Below are positions 25,331-39,146 of a stretch of DNA of 64,000 nucleotides, one piece after another (the first letter of the stretch is position 1; each line of letters opens with the position of its first letter). Source of the stretch: Octopus vulgaris. Lineage: Eukaryota. The position numbers were made by a program, and so were the translations under genes. The notes beneath the pieces were generated by a model, which was not told the DNA's origin, made no database searches, and worked only from the letters and a program-made list of their open reading frames with translations. The stretch lies in NCBI GenBank assembly GCA_951406725.2, contig OX597816.1, forward strand, positions 4,092,001-4,156,000, written 5' to 3'.

Positions 25331-26450
25331 AAGAGTGAGCGAGAGAGGGCAGAAGGGAAAGAGCGGAAAGCAAGAACGCTTGAGACTTGATGTAAGAAAA
25401 AAACATAATTGTATATATTCGGAAATTACAAAGTGTCAGCACACTTCGGTAAAATGGTATTCTTCTAAAATTCAGAACAACATCTTCAAGTATTGAAGTA
25501 GAACTATAATAAATATAAAGACAGACATTATTAAATTATCATTAATCATAAAATAGAGAACCATGTCTTTAATCAATGGATATGAGCTAAATTCCCATCA
25601 ATAAGTCGATACCTCGATAAAAATTTAGAATTCGCAAAATAAAATACCAATAATATTTTAATAAAATTTATCAAAAATCGACCACCAAATTCTTAAAGTA
25701 GAAGGCAGTTTCCAAATCTTTAAAATACAAAATACCAAAATATTTTTAGTCGAAAATTGTAGTTGTAATGGTTTCTAGGAAAGAATAGCATCTATATGAG
25801 GATTTTATTATCAGAGAGTCTCATATAATCGGCAAAGAAACTATTTTGTTTTGAATGGTATTGTACTGCACACACAAAAAACGAAAGAAAATAGAAAATA
25901 TGTACATAATGTCTGACTACTACTTCCGATATTGCTGCTTTTTTACATTCAGCTAAGAAGAATGAAGCATAGACTATAGCAGTCTTATTTGAATTCTGAA
26001 AGTTAATGGACAAAAGTGAACTCTTTTAGGCATAAAGTCTGGCTCCTTACTATTCCTGGCATTCCACAGTCTTTTAGAAGAAGCAGCAATTACAGTAAAT
26101 ATACAAATTCAGAAATATATCTCCAGACAGAGTTAAGATAACATACGGAGCTCTTCCGAATAAAATAACATCCTGCCCCATATCAAGTCCCTTAAAAGTG
26201 TGGTACCTATTAACATATTATTATAAGCTATGTGACTTTAGCTAGGGAAGAAATGCAACGCAAGGTATATGGATATAAAAACTGAACCTAGGAGTATATA
26301 AATAAAAAGATTTGCGAGCAAAGGCATTTCATGGACATAAACAAGAAATAGTTACATATCCAGATCCTAAATCAGAAGTGCTGATAAGTAAACCATCCAG
26401 AGATCAAAGAGTAACCGAGGCAACATTCGATTTGATTAGATCAGTAGTTT

Positions 26451-26683
26451 GGCGGCGAGCTGGCAGAAACGTTAGCACGCCGGGCGAAATGATTAGCGGT
26501 ATTTCATCTGCCGTTACGTTCTGAGTTCAAATTCCCCGAGGTCGACTTTGCCTTTCGTCCTTTCGGGGTCGATAAATTAAGTACCAGCTACGCACTGGGA
26601 TCGATATAATCGACTTAATTCGTTTGTCTGTCCTTGTTTGTCCTCTCTGTGTTTAGCCCCTTGTGGGTAGTAAAGAAATAGGT
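26451..26683 (+). mobile_element. SINE-B monomer with 11-bp TSD
   Basis: atcagtagttt on both sides (26440-26450 and 26684-26694). Confidence 0.92.
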
Positions 26684-26829
26684 ATCAGTAGTTTACATTA
26701 CTCCATAAGGAAATATGAAGGAGATGACCAAACGTTTTGCAACGTAAAGTCAGAGAATACCTTTATTATATTGGAGAGCGAAATATAAGATCATTGATGT
26801 TGGCTTTCGAAAAATACTAGCAATAAATT

Positions 26830-27330
26830 TGATTAGTGTAGATCAAAACCTTGTCGCTTACAAAACTGGTTTTTGATTGGTTTCGTTCCAAATAGTCACG
26901 GAATTTCTTCAAAGTGTAAATATTCAGGACAGCTCTAGCTGCAAATGGTCTTGAAGATATAAAACAAAACGAACTTCGCTGCTTCCATCTATTTTGTTAT
27001 AATATCATTTTATATTTCCAAATATTTCAAATTATATTTCAAAATTATTTAAACTGTTCGTCAGTAACTGATAATTTTATTTCTTTGTAAGGCGGCGTTT
27101 TATTTGCTCGCTGAAAATAAATTGTCGACTGATGACTTTTACCAGGCCTTTATATTTTTTTACTTTTTTTCAAGTGAATTTCGGCTTTACCTTAAATCTT
27201 TGGAACCATTCGAAGAAGAGAATTTTCAGAATATCATCAACATTTTTCAGGATATACTTCTGACCAATAAATTTCTTCGTAATTTCGTCATAAAGTCTTG
27301 CAATCTCTAATATGTTTGCCGTGATTCCCT
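26830..27330 (-). pseudogene. Highly decayed mariner-type transposase remnant
   Basis: Minus-strand peptides DDILKILFFEWFQRFK, SRNSLE and ILQDHL occur in the order expected for the mariner N-terminal HTH region. Confidence 0.45.
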
Positions 27331-27816
27331 AGCTTTAGCTTCTGTCTTAGAGAGAAAAAAAAAACATTCTTACGCAACGAAACGAATGCATACATCTCTA
27401 CTTAACTTATACGCAAACAATTATTTCTAAGTCAATTAACGTATATTTTAATATAAGTTTAATTAAAGATTCCTTCAATGTCAATTCAACAAATTGTGGT
27501 GGGGTTACATTTCAGCTGGTACGTTAAGGGTACGCGTGTCTGTGGAGCGCTCAGCCACTTACATGTTGATTTCACGACCAGGCTGTTCCGTCGATCGGAT
27601 AAACTGCGCCATTCGTCGTCGTAACCGACGGAGTGCAAGCTAGCTTTTTTAGTTAGTTATATTTCAGCTGAGGGCTTTCAAGGAAATAGAAGAATAAAAG
27701 GATTATCTTGCTGAAGAGACAATAAAATCAATCATGGGCATATATCAGTATTATTCTCTTCTTATCTCATATATAATTCAACCTCTGTTGTGTCATACTT
27801 AATATACACCTCTGGC

Positions 27817-28204
27817 GTGGAGGTGCAATGGCCCAGTGGTTAGGGCAGCGGACTCGCGGTCATAGGATCGCGGTTTCGATTCCCAGACCGGGCGTTGTGA
27901 GTGTTTATTGAGCGAAAACACCTAAAGCTCCACGGGGCTCCGGCAGGGGATGGTGGTGAACCCTGCTGTACTCTTTCACTACAACTTTCTCTCACTCTTA
28001 CTTCCTGTTTCTGTTGTACCTGTATTTCAAGGGGCCGGTCTTGTCACTCTCTGTGTCACGCTGAATATCCCCGAGAACTACGTTAAGGGTACACGTGCCT
28101 GTGGAGTGCTCAGCCACTTACACGTTAATTTCACGAGCAGGCTGTTCCGTTGATTCGGATCAACCGGAACCCTCGTCGTCGCAACCGACGGAGTGCTTCC
28201 TCCT
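27817..28204 (+). mobile_element. SINE-C, full length, with 14-bp TSD
   Basis: tatacacctctggc on both flanks; a partial copy lies at 27518-27637. Confidence 0.92.
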
Positions 28205-29093
28205 TATACACCTCTGGCATATCATTAAATACCTGTCTGTAAAATATCCCATCAGCTTTATATTGGGGCGCTCATACATCCTAATCAATTGGGGGTTTAG
28301 TTTTCTAAGCCAAGTTGATAAAGGATGAGCTTTTGGTACCTATATTTTATGCGTATAGCTTGTTCTCAAAATCCACTTCTGTTTTACTATTTCGAACCGC
28401 TAATATCCACAAGGTGTCTTCATTCGCTCTCTGTTCATTTTTTCATTCTCTGTTAATTTTCTCTTATTCCTTTCTGTTGAAGAACGTAGGCTTGTAGCGT
28501 AATAGACTTTTTTTTCCATTTTCCCGAACGCCAAACTAATACACTTGCTTGTTGTTCATACACCTGTCGCCTTTCGTTTTTCTATAGCCTTCAACTACAC
28601 ACACACACACACAAGTTTGTATGCTTATATATCCATGCACGTGTAGCTGTATCTACGTGCATGTATGTAAAGAGAAGAAGCGCGAGAAAGAGAGGCAGAG
28701 AGCTAAACTTGGTGCGTTATCGTAAAAGTGTTCCAAACGAATCAGCAGGATTAGAATTGATTAAAATTTCATCTTTTGGATTTTGAAATTGCATTGGAAG
28801 AAGCTCAAGAAAAGCTGTGTTTACATAGAGATTGGAAGGAGGAGATTGGAAAGTAAAGATTGAAAAGAAACAGAGAGGGATGAGTGAGGTAGAGGGAATG
28901 GATGTGGGAGGTGTGTGAGGTGGTACTTGGAAACAAGCAGAGTAGACGTAAAACGGTGACAGCGTAATGTAATTAGTCACAACGTAAAACAGTAAATGAT
29001 TCTTAGATTGGAAGGATACGTAAATTGGTTTCAAATTCTGGCACAAGGCCAGCAATTTCGGGGAAAGTGTAAGTTGATTATATCGACCCCATT

Positions 29094-29327
29094 AAGGCGG
29101 CGAGCTGGTAGAAACGTTAGCACGCCGGGCGAAATGCTTAGCAGTGTTTCGTCTGTCGTTACGTTTTGAGTTCAAATTCCGCCGAGGTCGACTTTGCTTT
29201 TCATCCTTTCGGGGTCGATAAATTAAGTACCAGTTTCGCACTGGGGTCGATGTGATCGACTTAATCCGTTTGTCTGTCCTTGTTTGTCCCCTCTGCGTGT
29301 AGCCCCTGGTGGTCAATAAAGAAATAT
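29094..29327 (+). mobile_element. SINE-B monomer nested in an older antisense SINE-B
   Basis: TSD tatatcgaccccatt at ~29079-29093 and ~29328-29342. Confidence 0.88.
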
Positions 29328-29372
29328 ATATCGACCCCATTGTTCAATTGTAATTTGTTTTATAGGCCCCTT

Positions 29373-30173
29373 GAAGACACAATTAACATAACTAACAACA
29401 CCGATATTTCAGTCTAATCATGTAATTTGGGAAAAATAAAATTCGTTCTATCACGTTTTTGATGAGATTAATTACATTCAGCAGAAAATGTAATTAGACA
29501 TTGTAAAAACTGATTGTAAAATGGAAGTCGACTTCAGTGGAATTTGAACTTAGAACGTAAAGACGGACCAAATGCTAATGATTTTCCCCTCATCCCGCAA
29601 CCTGACAGGAATATGTAAATTAAGAAAAACTCCTTTAATGAATATGGTGAAAAGATTATTCAGGAACTATATTTGTTTTGTGTTATCTTCAGTGTCAACA
29701 ATATAAGCTGCTTCAGAAAGGGATCTTTGAGAGGTTTCTTTTTTATTATCTGTTAGGAAGGAATAAAAGCTTCAAACAGCTGAATGCCTGAGGAATTTTA
29801 TGCATGCATCCAAATAACAATTTAGAATTACGGTTAAAGATGAATTTCCGACCATTTGTAAATTTCATTTACATTTTATCTTACCCCCCTCTCTCTCGCT
29901 CTTTCTCTCTCCATTTCATATTTGCCTTATTTTTCGGTAATGTTCATCTTTTCTATATTTCTTCCTCCGTCGCAGTTTATTTCCCTTCACAAAGTAATTG
30001 TATCTCACTCTCTTGCTGTCTGTCTGTCGGTCTCTCTCTCTCTTTCTCCCTGTTTTTCTTTGTACACCTATTCTATCCTTTCCAGATAACCGTACACCTA
30101 TTTCGTGTTTCTGTCACTCGAAATATATTGTGTCATAATGATTGATTTAAGCATACACACACACATACACACG

Positions 30174-30231
<58 letters not shown>

Positions 30232-30770
30232 GGCATACTGCCATTCTAGTTCAGAAAAGAACGTTCCGAAAATAAATGCTGCAAAATATTTATCTACGTT
30301 TTACCCACGTAGCTATTTACATCTTTGTCCTGTCCTGCACCAAACTGGTTCTTTCTTATCGGAGAAAGAAGAATGGGTGACATCAACGCCGGTACCAAGA
30401 GAATTGAGAAGCAACTGAAATGAAATAACGCCTACGAGAATGAAACTTAGATTTTGCAATCTAACAATTCATAAATTTAAGAATAATTTTCACGGTTTCT
30501 TACGCTTCTAACACAAGTAAATCTCAATCCCACATTGGTTTTTTTTATAAACCTTGGAAATTTCACTGACCGTAGTGGAATTCAGCATATGTAGAAGATA
30601 GCATCAAAGTTTATCACTTCCATTTTACAATCAGATTTTACGATATCTAATTGCATTTTCTGCTGAATGTAATTAATCTCATCGAAAACATGAAAGGAGG
30701 AATTTTATTTTTCCCAAATTTCATGCTGAGACTGCAAATATCGGTGTTGTTAGTTGTGTTGTGTTTTCGA
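29373..30770. repeat. ~150-bp inverted repeat pair (29373-29529 and 30616-30770)
   Basis: gatgagattaattacattcagcagaaaatg pairs with cattttctgctgaatgtaattaatctcatc. Confidence 0.85.
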
Positions 30771-31864
30771 GTTGAGTTATGAGTAAAGACTAAATGTCAG
30801 AACAAAAGGAAACGCGTGAGTAATGACATATTTACAGCCATTCTATTCTAATTTTGATAGAGTCTTACGTTAGCAGTGTTTATAAAAAAAAATTTTCTTT
30901 GTGAATAGTTAAACTAACTTGAAATATATCTTTGGAAAACGATGTAAAAGAGATAACAAAATGAAAGGAAAAAAATACTGACGAAGAACAGAATTTCATA
31001 ACCGTAAGAGAAAACGAAACAAGTCAGTAGAAATCAATAAATGATGACAAATGCTGGAGATACAGAAGAAATGAAGATAAATGAAAAAGATGCCGAGCAA
31101 TAGAAGAAGAGAAATCGTGATATGGCAAATTTATTTTTAAAAGAAATGCGAACAGACAAGAAGTCTCACAAGAATATATTTAGCAGATGATTTAGAGAGA
31201 GAGTTTGAGAAATTGCTATGTTTGAAACTTGTACGACTCCGGCTGATGATATGAGAAAAAGATAATGCTTTACGGCGTAACTGAAATGGTTGTATTCAAA
31301 CAGTTGCCAGCTCCAACGATGTCTTTTTTAGATCAGAAACTTTTAATATTTATATATCTCCTGATATATCAAAATCTTTCACATTAATCATGTTAAAGTA
31401 GTCATTGTATTAGAAATATGCACGATTTCTTTCCAAGCAAATTCTAATATTATACTTTGTCCATCAAAGTATTGCTGCAACCATCAGCTTAGAACAATCG
31501 AGAATTTGTTTGTCACATCCAAGGGAAAGTTTCTTCGCGCAAATTAACGACGAGAAACTGGTATATTCATCCACACCCCAAACAATTTTCACAGAGTTCT
31601 GAAATATAAACTAATGGTATTTTTCTTTAAAATACTCAGTCCGCTTATTATTTAATAGTCCTACATTTTCTATTGAGCGGAAAATACTCTGAACTAATGG
31701 TTTAATATTCTTATCACCTTATCATTTACTTCTATCAATGCTAAATAAATATAAATAGATTAAGCCACTGCCTCTTCATTTAATTGTTTTCTTCTTTTGA
31801 TTACCAAGTAGCTTCGGTAACATACCAGCATCTTGGTCCAGAATTCTTCTTCCTTTAAACTTCC

Positions 31865-32525
31865 AATAAATAATATATTTCTAAATATCTCAGAGAAATT
31901 TATGCAGCAACAGCGAGATAAAGTGATAGGATGTTGTCAACTTAATGTGACAGTCCCATAAAAGGGAAGAATGCTATTGTTATTTAGCCCTAGGAAACAC
32001 CGTTTCCTGTTGGACTTGACACATCTCCTATGTCCTTATGTTTTCAAAATGGGAACAAGCACCTCCACCCAGCAAAGCCAGCATCCAGAGACTAGTTTCA
32101 GAGTCATTGCTCCTCATCAGTCTGGAGTAGCATGGCTTGATAGCTGTCGATGCCTTTGAAAACATATATATTTCAAGTGGAATACATTCACTGATTATTG
32201 AAAATAGAAATAATACATTTCTAAATCTCTCGGAGAGATTTATGCAGTAGCAGCACGATAAAGTGATAGTTTGTTGTCAACTTAATGTGACAGTCCCATG
32301 AAAGGGAAGAATACTACTGTTATTTAACCCCAGGAATCACAGTTTCCTGTTGGACTTGACACTTTTCCTGTGTCCTTATGTTTTCAAAGTGGAGATAACG
32401 TAAGGACACAGGAAATGTGTCAAGTCCAACAGGAAACGGTGTTTCCTAGGGCTAAATAACAGTAGCATTCTTCCCTTTCATGGGACTGTCACATTAAGTT
32501 GACAACATTCTATCACTTTATTGCT
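31865..32525. mobile_element. Penelope-pLTR-like structure: direct repeat, HHR, direct repeat, inverted repeat
   Basis: A (31865-32055), A' (32205-32395) and inverted A'' (32401-32523). Confidence 0.8.
32085..32125 (-). ncRNA. Type I hammerhead ribozyme, perfect core
   Basis: ccaga CTGATGA ggag-caatga-ctct GAAA ctag TC tctgg; GUC cleavage triplet; palindromic stem III ACTAGT. Confidence 0.88.
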
Positions 32526-33558
32526 TAGATGCGTCTCATACTACATATGGCAACAACTGAATTTAGAGAATAATTAATACAAACTGGAGTCGGAAGCCTC
32601 TTGTGGTTGTGTGACGAGGCAAGAATTATTCGGAGAATTCCGTGAGTTTGGAAGAAAGGATAAAAAAAAAAAAAAAGTTATGAAGCTTCGGTGCTATTCT
32701 TTCATCTGGGAGAATAGAACATTTTCAAAGTGTGACATTTCTCTTTCTGTCTCACTTTCTCCTCCTCCTTCTCTCTCTCTTTCTGTCTCTCAGCGTCGGG
32801 AATGCTTAATCGAAGATAAAGCTATTTTAGTGCTCCGACAAAAATATCCATTAACACTGATTCAAAATCCAACGAAGAACATCGAATAAAATGAGGAAAA
32901 TGTCCAAAGTAAGTAATAACTTGACTCACCACCAGTGAAATGTTAATGCTCTTTACGTCGCGTTAATGTTGACACTAATGTCCTATTAGTAACCGCATTT
33001 TAGTGTACTAATGTCGCAAAAGTCAAATCTCTGTCAAACCACAAAAAATTTAAAAAATTGGCAAACAACACGAACAAAAGCAATGGAAACATTCGGCCAG
33101 GATTTAAACGGGAATGTCGACTTTCAGTTTTGGCCCATGATGTATAAAATAGAATTAAATGTGAACAAAAATTCGCGTCATAAGAAATACGTAAACCGTT
33201 ACGAACCGACAGAGATAATAATTGAAGGGTTAACTGACATTACTTGTAAAGTCCAGTAAAGATAACAAAAAGCGATGTGAACGGACAAGAGTAATACATC
33301 TGAATACTACGTTCATATTTTACAGCTATTCTCTACCTCACACGCGGAAATTATGAGACAAGTTCATATTTAATATATTGAAAGAAAATTCCTCTGAATT
33401 AAAAGCAATATTGGATCCCTACAGAGAAATGAATTTTATAAGATAAAGCTTAGAAATAGAATTCTTGGCAGGTCGAATGAAGAACGTAAAAACATAATGG
33501 TCATAATGAGAATATGTTTAGCAATTATGAGAAATTAAGCCCAAACCAAGCAAATGGC

Positions 33559-33571
33559 AATAATAATAATG

Positions 33572-33666
<95 letters not shown>

Positions 33667-33676
33667 AAGAAAAGAA

Positions 33677-33711
<35 letters not shown>

Positions 33712-33791
33712 AGAAGAAGAAGAAGAAGAAGAAGAAGAAGAAGAAGAAGAAGAAGAAGAAGAAGAAGAAGAAGAAGAAGAAGAAAAAGAAG
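33559..33791. repeat. Compound (AAT)n-(AAG)n microsatellite
   Basis: Direct reading. Confidence 0.95.
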
Positions 33792-33794
33792 ACT

Positions 33795-34395
33795 GAGAAG
33801 GAATCTATTCACAGACACGACAGAGTTGGGACCTATATACACTGGAAGCTATGCCAACATTATGGAATAACAACAGAAAAAAGATGGTATAGGCACACAC
33901 CAGAAAAGGTCACAGAAAACAAGAAAGCAACCATACTATGGGATATGCCAATACATACAGAGAGAGAAATTAAGGCCAACATGCCAGATATAGTTGTCAG
34001 AGATCACCAAGAAAAGAAGGCTTTTTAATCGATGGATCAATACGAGCAGATGACAACGTGTCTTCTAAAAGAAATGGAGAAACTTTCAAAATACAAAGAC
34101 CTGGAAATAGAGGTAACCAGAATGTGGAATCTAAAAACAGAAACAATCCCTATCATAGCAGGTGCATTAGGCATGATAAAAAAATATTCAGACAAATACA
34201 TAACAAAAACATCAGGATTTACAAACACATATAACATACAGAAAATTGCACTACTAGGCACTGCACACATTCTACGCAGAACACTTTCCATACAATAACC
34301 ATCTGAGCATCACAACAAATCACAGCACATACCCAAGGCACACAGAGCTGCGCTCGGTAGTGAAGTGAAAGCACGCTATAAAAATAAAACTACTG
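33795..34395 (+). mobile_element. 5'-truncated R4/Dong-type non-LTR retrotransposon (REL endonuclease C-terminus and 3' UTR), frameshifted
   Basis: HRHDRVGTYIHWKLCQHYG..ILWDMPIHT..PDIVV..FLID..KEMEKLSKYKDL..PIIAGALG; (AAT)n follows the 3' end. Confidence 0.88.
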
Positions 34396-34529
34396 AATAA
34401 TAATGATAATAATAATAATAATAACAATAATAATATATATATGGGAATATATATATATAAATATCAACATGTATATTTATACATGTATTCGTATATATAA
34501 ATACATGTATATATATACGTATATATATG

Positions 34530-34627
<98 letters not shown>

Positions 34628-35816
34628 CATGCATACATACATATATAAACACTGTATTAAGAGAAATAACTCAATATTCCTGGTGACATGAATTTGTACA
34701 ACAAAGTCGAATTGATAAATTAATTACTCCGACAAGATGAATGCTTGAACATACATACATACATGCACATAAGCGCACACAAGCATATGCACGCACACAT
34801 ATACACGAACATAATAATGTATGTACGCGAGCGCGTGCTAGCGTGTGCACACGAGGGGGCGCGCGCGCTTGTGTTTGCATATATGCATACAAGTTTATGA
34901 GAAAATGTATGTGTAACACGATGAACATCCATTTGAGTAAACAGAAGCCATGAAAATGCAATGTTCCTTTGTAAGAAATGAAATTGTTTTTATTTCTGTT
35001 GCGAGTTCATTTGGTCTTTTTTGGACGCATGCGGCACAATAGAATTGAGGAGAATCTAGGTTCATCGATCACAGTTGTTTGAGAACATCATTGCATGTGA
35101 AGTATATTGGTGAGATGTATTTCCTCGACTATACTTTATAAATCTCGATTCTAGCAACGGCATCAGCCTGTCCACCGATACAACACTGCTATTATTCATA
35201 TCTCTGCGATTTCGTTTTCTATTCCTATTCATGTTTTTTTTTGTTGTTTGTTTTGCATTTGTCGCTTTTCTTGTTTTGAATTTTCAGTCAACTTAAAAAG
35301 AATTTGCATTGACATGGCTTCTGTTTATTGAAATACAGAATCGCTTGATTCAATAACATATTCACAGAAAAACTGAAAAATACACGTACACATGCGCACT
35401 GAGATATGTACGCAGAAATCTATGGTAATAAATAACATGAAGCTACTACAAACAGCAATACCAAACGGAAGCTGAATTCGGAATACAAGCAAAACTGATT
35501 GCATTCTTTTCATTCACCAACTGACCGACTTATGTTGAACTTAGAATCGAGTTAACGGATCGTGGGTGAATATGTGTGCTTGTTGGGTCGGTGAAGTGGT
35601 TGAGAGAAGAACACCAACCTAAAACCTTGTGGCTACTGTCCAATCTTACGTGACCCATCTAGATAAGATAAAGCCCTCTCTCATACACTAGGATTTAATT
35701 CTCTCAGCGTGTAAGGTAAATATGTTTCAGATATTTTGGAATAAATTTGCATTGTTCGGTCTTCTCTTTATATATGTTTGTGCATACATAACATAGCCGT
35801 AGAATACAATATAGAA

Positions 35817-35981
35817 AGGCACAAGTGTGGCCGTGTGATAAAATGTTTGTTTTCCAACCATATATAGTTCCGGGTTCAGTCCCACTGCGTGGCACCTTGG
35901 GCAAGTGTCTTCTACTATAGCCTCGGGCTGACCAAAGCCTTGTGAGTAGATTTGTCAGACGGAAACTGAAAGAAACCTGTC

Positions 35982-36050
<69 letters not shown>

Positions 36051-36300
36051 TGTCTGTCTGTCTTTCTGTCAGTCAGCCTGCGCGCGCTCGCGTGTTTGTG
36101 TCTGTTTTTGTCCCGCGGCACCGAACCAGTTAGTGTCGGTGTGTCTCCGTCTTCGTAACTTAGCGGTTCGGTAAACAAGAAAAATAGAATAAGTAGCAGA
36201 CATTTTAGTAAAACAATTCATTTAATAAAAACTTCTTCAAAACGCTGCCCCAGAATGGCCTCAGTCTAATGGCTGAAACAATAAAAAACAAAAAATAAAA
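35817..36300 (+). mobile_element. SINE-A, diverged
   Basis: Matches the A consensus. Confidence 0.8.
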
Positions 36301-37263
36301 GATATATGGAATGCTCCTTGTGTAGAAATGGTAAGAAAACAATTCCAATGCGTATGCAGCGTTCAGGTTTTTTGGAGTGGATGTATTTATTTATAAGCAA
36401 ATAACTGTACAGGTTTCTTTAAAACCGATAAAGATCTGTGCGGCTGTCTTTATTTTATTTTCTTGCTTGCGTATGTGAATTTTTTGCGTGTAGCTGTGTG
36501 TTTGGGTGCTTCTGTGAAATTCTGCATATGGCTGCTGGAGTGGCAGTCTTTGCAAGCTTAATCCATGAAAAAATATGGATTAAGATTACAAGAATACGCT
36601 AATCTGGAATTGTGCTTCGTTCGTCTGATATAGTCTTCTTTCGTATATGCACATGCGTATATATGTTCGTGTTTTCCAGTGTGTGTGTGTGTGTGGTGTA
36701 TGTGCATGTGTCTGTGTGCGTGTGTGTTGTGTGTGTGCGTGTGTTAGGGTATCTGTGTGTATCGAAGTTTTGTTTTATAGAATGACGTATCAGAATATAT
36801 TAGTTAATGTATGTAGGTAGGTGTGTCAGCACGTGTGTGTACATACATGTGTGTACATATATACCTGCATATGTATAATTACGCACACACATACACGCGA
36901 ACACGCGCAGATGCGCATACACATGCACACGCACACACACATATATATATGTATTGTGTGTGCGTATGTATCATAGATAGATGACCAACAATACAAAAAC
37001 ACAAGCAGACATATCTCTCCCCCTCTCTCTATCTATTTAAACGTTTGCTTTTATGTTCAGCTATAATAAAAACATGTTTACATTAATCCGAAGGGTCACT
37101 CTATACTTTTGTAGAGTATAGAATTAATTTTCCTATACAAGAGTATTGTTCGTAGTGATTTCAATGTGTCGGCCAGTTAAGCCATCCTCGGACTACGATG
37201 TATTAGTCATGCCTTCATACAATTATGTGTTAAGTTAAAAATCTTCCTTGGGTGTCTGAGTTT

Positions 37264-37308
<45 letters not shown>

Positions 37309-37319
37309 TGTGGGTGTGT

Positions 37320-37500
37320 ATGTACTCGCAATACCAGAGGGCGCACACTCTCCTACCCTGATGTAATCTCCAGGGATACAGGCATCCAGCAACAGGACCT
37401 CCGTAATGCCATGATGGACCGTGAAGTCTGACGTAGCATGGTAAATTCCATTGTCTCATCCACGGTCGAACAATGATGATGATGATGATGATGATGATGT
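37320..37500 (+). mobile_element. RTE-type LINE 3' end with (TGA)n tail
   Basis: RGRTLSYPDVISRDTG..LRNAMMDREV*RSMV fits the RTE DRxxWR motif with W mutated to a stop. Confidence 0.7.
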
Positions 37501-38366
37501 ACATATATCAAATATAATGGCAGCCCAGTTTTTGATAGCATAAATAAGAAATGTCGAACTAATAGATGATCTACTCTATTAGATTTTCATTTAAGATTGG
37601 CCTAAAATTTAACTGTAAATTGACTTTCCTGAGGTTGCTTTATATGCCAAAATGTCAATGAAGAAATTAGGTAAATTTGGCAGATTACTGCGTCATGACT
37701 GACGGACATACCTCGGAACATTTTCAAAAATTGGCAGCGGTCTTGTATTGAATGTCCACTAGTCGCAACGCAGTACTTTATCAATATTAGACTAATTTTA
37801 TGATATCGTTTATAAGATCGAACGATTACCGATCAAGCCAGGGCAATCCGAGTAAGAGATAAATCAAAGTCTATATATTTGATGAAATATGGGTCTAGAC
37901 TTCTCAATTTGTGTCAATGCCCTACTAATTTTGACAAATTGTACACAGACTCATATACACACATCAAGCTAAGCTGTACATACGTTAATCCTTGTCTTCT
38001 TTTTGTTTTCAGGGTATCAAGCGGGTATGTATTACTGTAAGAATTTCAACAATTAACCCAGTTTTTCTTATATCGATACCCAGCGAGGTGAACCTGACAA
38101 GTGAAATACAGTATCGATAATTTGACTTTTGTAAACGTTGCAGAAAGGGGAAATTAATAAAGAAAAAAACGTTAGTAGTGCTTTTGACACCGCAATCAAA
38201 TACTTTTGGTAAAGAATTAATTAGCACAAATCTCAAATCAGGAAATTTTACTTCTGTGACGGGATATGAATTGATGATATTATAATTGATTCCTCGTTTA
38301 TTCGCTAATTGAAAATCGAATCCTCAATTCTCATTTCTCATTCAGTTAGTGCTGTTTCTCTGCCTA

Positions 38367-39146
38367 AACCTAACCTTGACAGTCTAATATTGTTTTACAT
38401 AATTTAACCTAACCTTGACAGTCTAATATTGTTTTACATAATTTAACCTAACCTTGACAGTCTAATATTGTTTTACATAATTTAACCTAACCTTGACAGT
38501 CTAATATTGTTTTACATAATTTAACCTAACCTTGACAGTCTAATATTGTTTTACATAATTTAACCTAACCTTGACAGTCTAATATTGTTTTACATAATTT
38601 AACCTAACCTTGACAGTCTAATATTGTTTTACATAATTTAACCTAACCTTGACAGTCTAATATTGTTTTACATAATTTAACCTAACCTTGACAGTCTAAT
38701 ATTGTTTTACATAATTTAACCTAACCTTGACAGTCTAATATTGTTTTACATAACTTAACCTAACCTTGACAGTCTAATATTGTTTTACATAATTTAACCT
38801 AACCTTGACAGTCTAATATTGTTTTACATAATTTAACCTAACCTTGACAGTCTAATATTGTTTTACATAATTAAACCTAACCTTGACAGTCTAATATTGT
38901 TTTACATAATTTAACCTAACCTTGACAGTCTAATATTGTTTTACATAATTAAACCTAACCTTGACAGTCTAATATTGTTTTACATAATTTAACCTAACCT
39001 TGACAGTCTAATATTGTTTTACATAATTTAACCTAACCTTGACAGTCTAATATTGTTTTACATAATTTAACCTAACCTTGACAGTCTAATATTGTTTTAC
39101 ATAATTTAACCTAACCTTGACAGTCTAATATTGTTTTACATAATTT
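38367..39146. repeat. Tandem array, 20 x 39 bp (aacctaaccttgacagtctaatattgttttacataattt)
   Basis: 780 bp / 39 = 20 units; only about three single-base variants. Confidence 0.95.

Noticed and set aside
27819-27895. tRNA gene
   Set aside because: A and B boxes are present but there is no acceptor stem, and the sequence continues into the SINE-C body within a TSD
33514-33870. Poly-N/K/R protamine-like ORF
   Set aside because: Read-through of (AAT)n-(AAG)n into the retrotransposon
35030-35140. Further mariner remnants (also ~37570-37760)
   Set aside because: Similarity is too weak to support without an alignment
38367-39146. CRISPR array or telomeric repeat
   Set aside because: No unique spacers and no cas genes in a eukaryotic context; only two AACCT motifs per unit
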